Shown in pieces: positions 60,354 to 64,000 of a stretch of 64,000 nt of DNA. Made by a program: the position numbers and the translations under genes. The stretch lies in NCBI GenBank assembly GCA_965153285.1, contig OZ229116.1; one strand, written 5' to 3'. How positions within the stretch are numbered: the first letter of the stretch is position 1; every line of letters starts with the position of its first letter. Below the pieces are notes generated by a model that was not told where the DNA came from, ran no database searches, and was given only the letters and a program-made list of their open reading frames with translations. The DNA comes from Podarcis tiliguerta (lineage: Eukaryota).

Positions 60354-62756
60354 CTGGACTACGATTAAGCCTTCATTGTTCAAGTTTAAATCTTCACCAG
60401 GTAGGATTGGATCCTTTGCCTCACAAGCTTCTTTATTGCTCAGAGTATTGGAATAATTTGCCTTTCTAGAGTCTGTAGTGAGAGAAACCTCCTGGCAGTA
60501 GGAGTGCAGAAATGCTCGGACTCCATCAATCCCCACAAACTGTGAGATAGGAGCGCCACTGAAATTTACACTCCCCGTCTCAAGCAGCTGAGAATTTCTC
60601 CACCTGTGCAACTTGATGGCCAGTAACACAAGGAGGAAAGTGAAGAACAAGCAAGAGACAAAAGCCACTGCAAGGACTAGGTAGAAGGTGAGGTCAGACG
60701 GAGGCTCTACAGGAGCTGAGATGCTGCTCAGATCCGACAGGATTGCAGGGATGGTGTCAGCCAGCACAACGGTCAGAGTGGCTGAAGCAGAGAGAGGTGG
60801 CTGCCCATTGTCCTTCACTAAAACCACCAGGCTTTGCTTGAGGGCATCTTTCTCCAGAAAGAAGCGGGCCGTCCTGATCTCTCCTGTGTGGAGCCCCAGA
60901 GTAAAGAGCCCTGGCTCAGTGGCCTTGATCAGCTGGTAGGAAAGCCAGGCATTCTGGCCAGAGTCCGCATCCACCGCCACCACCTTAGTGACCAGGTAGC
61001 CTGGCTCTGAGGAGCGAGGGGCCAGCTCTATCCCTGTGGAACCATCAGTGGGAGGGGAGGGGTATAGGATTTGGGGAGCATTGTCATTCTGGTCCAGGAT
61101 GAAGAGAGTCACTGAGACATTGGAGCTGAGTGATGGAGAACCTCCATCTTGGGCCTTTACATGGAACCGAATGTCTCGAAAGTCTTCATAATCAAAGGAG
61201 GTCAGAGCATATATAACCCCCGTCTCAGAGTTAATGGAGAGGTAGGAGGAGAGGCGGGAGTCACTTCCTTGGTCATCAGTGATGGAATATGTTATTCTGG
61301 CATTTTCTTCCCAGTCAAGATCATTTGCTCTTAAGGAAGAGACCATGGCTCCTCTTTGGTTATTCTCAACAAAATAGAAAGTATAGTCTGTTTTTTCAAA
61401 GAGGGGTGGGTTGTCATTTGTGTCTAAAACATGAAGTGTGATAACTGTGACTGTAGAAAGAGGGGGGACTCCATGGTCGGTAACAGTGACAGTAATATTG
61501 AAGACAGACACCTGTTCCCTGTCAAGGACACCATCAGTCACCAAACTGTAAAAGTTATCCATGGACTTCTTCAGCTGAAAAGGGAGATTGCTAGGGATTG
61601 AACATGTGATTTCCCCATTGATTCCTGAATCTCGGTCTTGGACATTTAAAATGGCAATTACCGTTTGGGATGGTGAACTTTCAAGTATGGTGTTGGTGGC
61701 AAAGGTAACTGATAATTGAGGTGCATTGTCATTCAGATCCGTAACAGATATCACAACTTTTGATCTGTCACTCAGGCCTCCTCCATCTTTGGCTTGTATC
61801 TCAAATGCATATAAAGATGATTCTTCATAATCAAGATTCCCAATAAGGATGATTTCACCTCTTGTGGAATTTAACAGAAACATTTGGGAGTCTTTCTTTG
61901 TAATTTCTTGGAAAGAGTATTTAATGTCTCCATTGATTCCTTCATCCATATCAGTCGCTCTCACTGTCAAAAGTGTGGACCACTTGGGAATATTCTCATT
62001 CACACTTACTTCATAGAGAGGTTGGTTGAAAACTGGTGCATTGTCATTTGCATCAAGGACAACAATGTGGATTTGTAATGTGCCAGACCTGATGGGATCA
62101 CCTCCATCAGTAGCTGTGAGAAGCAGATCGTATGCTGATTGTTCCTCTCTGTCCAGTGACTTTTCCAACACAAGTTCAACAAGTTTGACACCATTTTCTT
62201 TTGTTTGCACATGCAAAGCAAAATGGCTACTGCCTGTGAGTTGATAGCTCTGCACTGAATTTATCCCCCAATCTGGATCTTGAGCTTTGGGAAGAGGCAT
62301 TCGGAATCCAGGTATAGATGCCTCACTGATTTCCAGCTCCTGTTCCCATAGAGGGAAGTGGGGAGCATTATCATTTATATCTGTAATTTCCACTTCAATT
62401 CCATAAAGCTTCAATTTGCTTTCAACAAGAACCTGAAACTTCAACATACATTTCTCTGCCTCTCCACAAATTTCCTCTCTATCTATTCTCTCAGATATCT
62501 GCAAATGGCCATTGTTGGCATTCAAAGAAAAGTACTGAATCATACCTACAGGGGAAACAATGCGCAGTCCATAGTTTGGGAGCTGCTTGCCATCCATTCC
62601 CAGGTCCTTTGCAACATTCCCCACGGAAGAGCCTTTGTGCATCTCTTCTGGAATGGAGTAGTGGATCTGCCCAGAAACTGCCTTCCAAGAAAACATCATG
62701 AAAAGGCACTGGAAGATTCCCTTTCTGCAGTTCCACAGCCTCTGAGTTCCTTCCAT
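60354..62756 (-). CDS. PCDHGA: Protocadherin gamma-A-like variable exon (801 codons; exon 11)
   Basis: Paralog of exon 6; donor CAG|GTGAGC at 60354/60353. Confidence 0.95.
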
Positions 62757-62942
62757 CCTTGCAGCAGGTTAAAGGCCCTTAGATTCTGATTCAAATGATG
62801 CTGTATCCAATTTTTTTAAAGAAAAATGCACTTCTGTTTCTTCTTTACACTGACAAGCAGCTTGTTCCTTCAGATATTTTTGTTTGTGTTTAACCGAAAG
62901 GCAACTTCGATTGGGCAGGATTTCACATTTCTCCTCTGTTCT

Positions 62943-62981
62943 GGTGAACAGTGACACCCAGAGGATCAAGCCCAAACTGCA
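62943..62981 (-). promoter_or_regulatory. Pcdh promoter CSE of exon 11; CACT core
   Basis: Identical to the exon 6 and 9 CSE. Confidence 0.8.
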
Positions 62982-64000
62982 AAAACCTCACTTTTGAAAA
63001 TTAAATAAACACCATTTCACTGTACTACTGCTATTATGTGCAGCTATAGCTAGGATAACTTTATTCTTTTCCCTTAGAATTTACCCACTAAGGATAAATA
63101 AGACTTGCTGTAATCAACTTGAAAAGGAGCAGGAAAGACAAGTGTGTTTAGGGTTCCTGCCCTACCCCATTACTGGAAATTCTGGAATAAATGTTATGGA
63201 TCTTTCTCAGCAATGTTTTCGACTGGCTTTTCTAAGGGAATATTCAATAGATTTTTTTCTTGATGGAGAAACAACACTAGTAAACCACCAGTACATTCTT
63301 GTTACCTCTGGCACTTCACTCCTCTCAGCTCCTATTTGTTCATTCACATCTCTACGCTGTTCATCTTCAAACTGAATTTTTATTTTTAGGTACGTGTTAC
63401 ATAAGCCCTACTCGGGCATACACTTTCTGTACATGAGCAAACACCTGAGGAGAAATATGGAGTGCTTCTTAGTCCTTTCCTGGCCAGCATTTCAGCTGTA
63501 CACAATCTAGATCCTTCCATGAATTTGAGGACCAAGGTCTGAGGTGGGGAGCTTACTCTACTTGTAGGGGCCCCACACAAGATTCAGAACGTTGCACCAT
63601 CAGGTTTTCTTTGTTTACACTTGAGGAGATTGTTCATATAGGGCTGTCCTGGGTAGTAGATGTATATCAGGAGTGCCCCAGTTCAAATCAAACTTCAACC
63701 ATGAGCTCATTAGTTGTCCTTGGGAAGACTCCCTCCCTCCTCACTCTCTGGTTGAGTTCACACAGCAGTTTCCTCAGTTTCCCTGATGTTTCCCTAACTA
63801 TTATTTTCTGCATTATATTCAAGTTTTCACATGGCATGAAAGCCACATCATTTCCATGTTATTTAATTTCAGAAAAAAATCCATTTGCTGCTCCCTTAAA
63901 CCGGAAAATCGCAGGAGTAAACTGATGAAATTTGGGGCCATATACATGGGGGAATGAATACATGCACAGCCATGGGTGGAATAGTGGCAATGTTGTCCAA

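Larger units (their letters stand above)
26757..64000. repeat. Recent tandem segmental duplication array of [gammaB exon - spacer X - gammaA exon - spacer Y] units, ~11-12.5 kb period
   Basis: Exons and intergenic DNA are highly similar: X at ~29450-31255, 47165-49377, 58530-60335; Y at ~33905-39210, 52025-55800, 62980-64000; ATG-to-ATG 29176-41668 = 12492, 46890-58265 = 11375, 51798-62756 = 10958. Confidence 0.93.

Noticed and set aside
1-64000. Pcdh-alpha-style antisense lncRNA promoters or exonic CTCF sites; constant and gamma-C exons
   Set aside because: No sequence support seen; all exons carry gamma-A or gamma-B signatures and no constant-exon sequence is present

Overview
Vertebrate genomic DNA, almost certainly from a squamate reptile and probably a lacertid lizard (Sauria SINEs with an (ACCTTT)n tail, CR1, L2). 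The window covers part of the variable region of the clustered protocadherin-gamma (Pcdhg) locus. Eleven intact ~2.4-kb variable exons lie on the minus strand: 7 gamma-B-like and 4 gamma-A-like, in + coordinate order B,B,B,A,B,A,B,B,A,B,A. Each encodes a signal peptide, six cadherin repeats, a TM segment and a variable cytoplasmic domain, ends in a phase-0 GT splice donor, and has its own promoter with a CTCF-type conserved sequence element (CSE) ~180-290 bp upstream. The ORF-track proteins read through the donor into the intron; exon coordinates below are trimmed to the donor. No constant or gamma-C exons are in the window; they should lie beyond the low-coordinate end. From ~26.75 kb to the end the locus is a recent tandem array of ~11-12 kb [gammaB+gammaA] units. 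One unit has lost its gamma-A exon, and copy-specific CR1, L1 and MITE insertions can be confirmed against paralogous empty sites. Most notable observations: loss of the CGCT CpG in 9 of 11 CSEs, a 7-aa deletion in the cytoplasmic motif of the expanded gamma-A clade, patchwork gene conversion that includes EC2/EC3, an unannotated gamma-A relic, and a TSD-flanked Penelope-type element starting with a degenerate hammerhead ribozyme core. I see no evidence for a wholly new gene system; any novelty is at the level of regulatory and evolutionary features of a known system.
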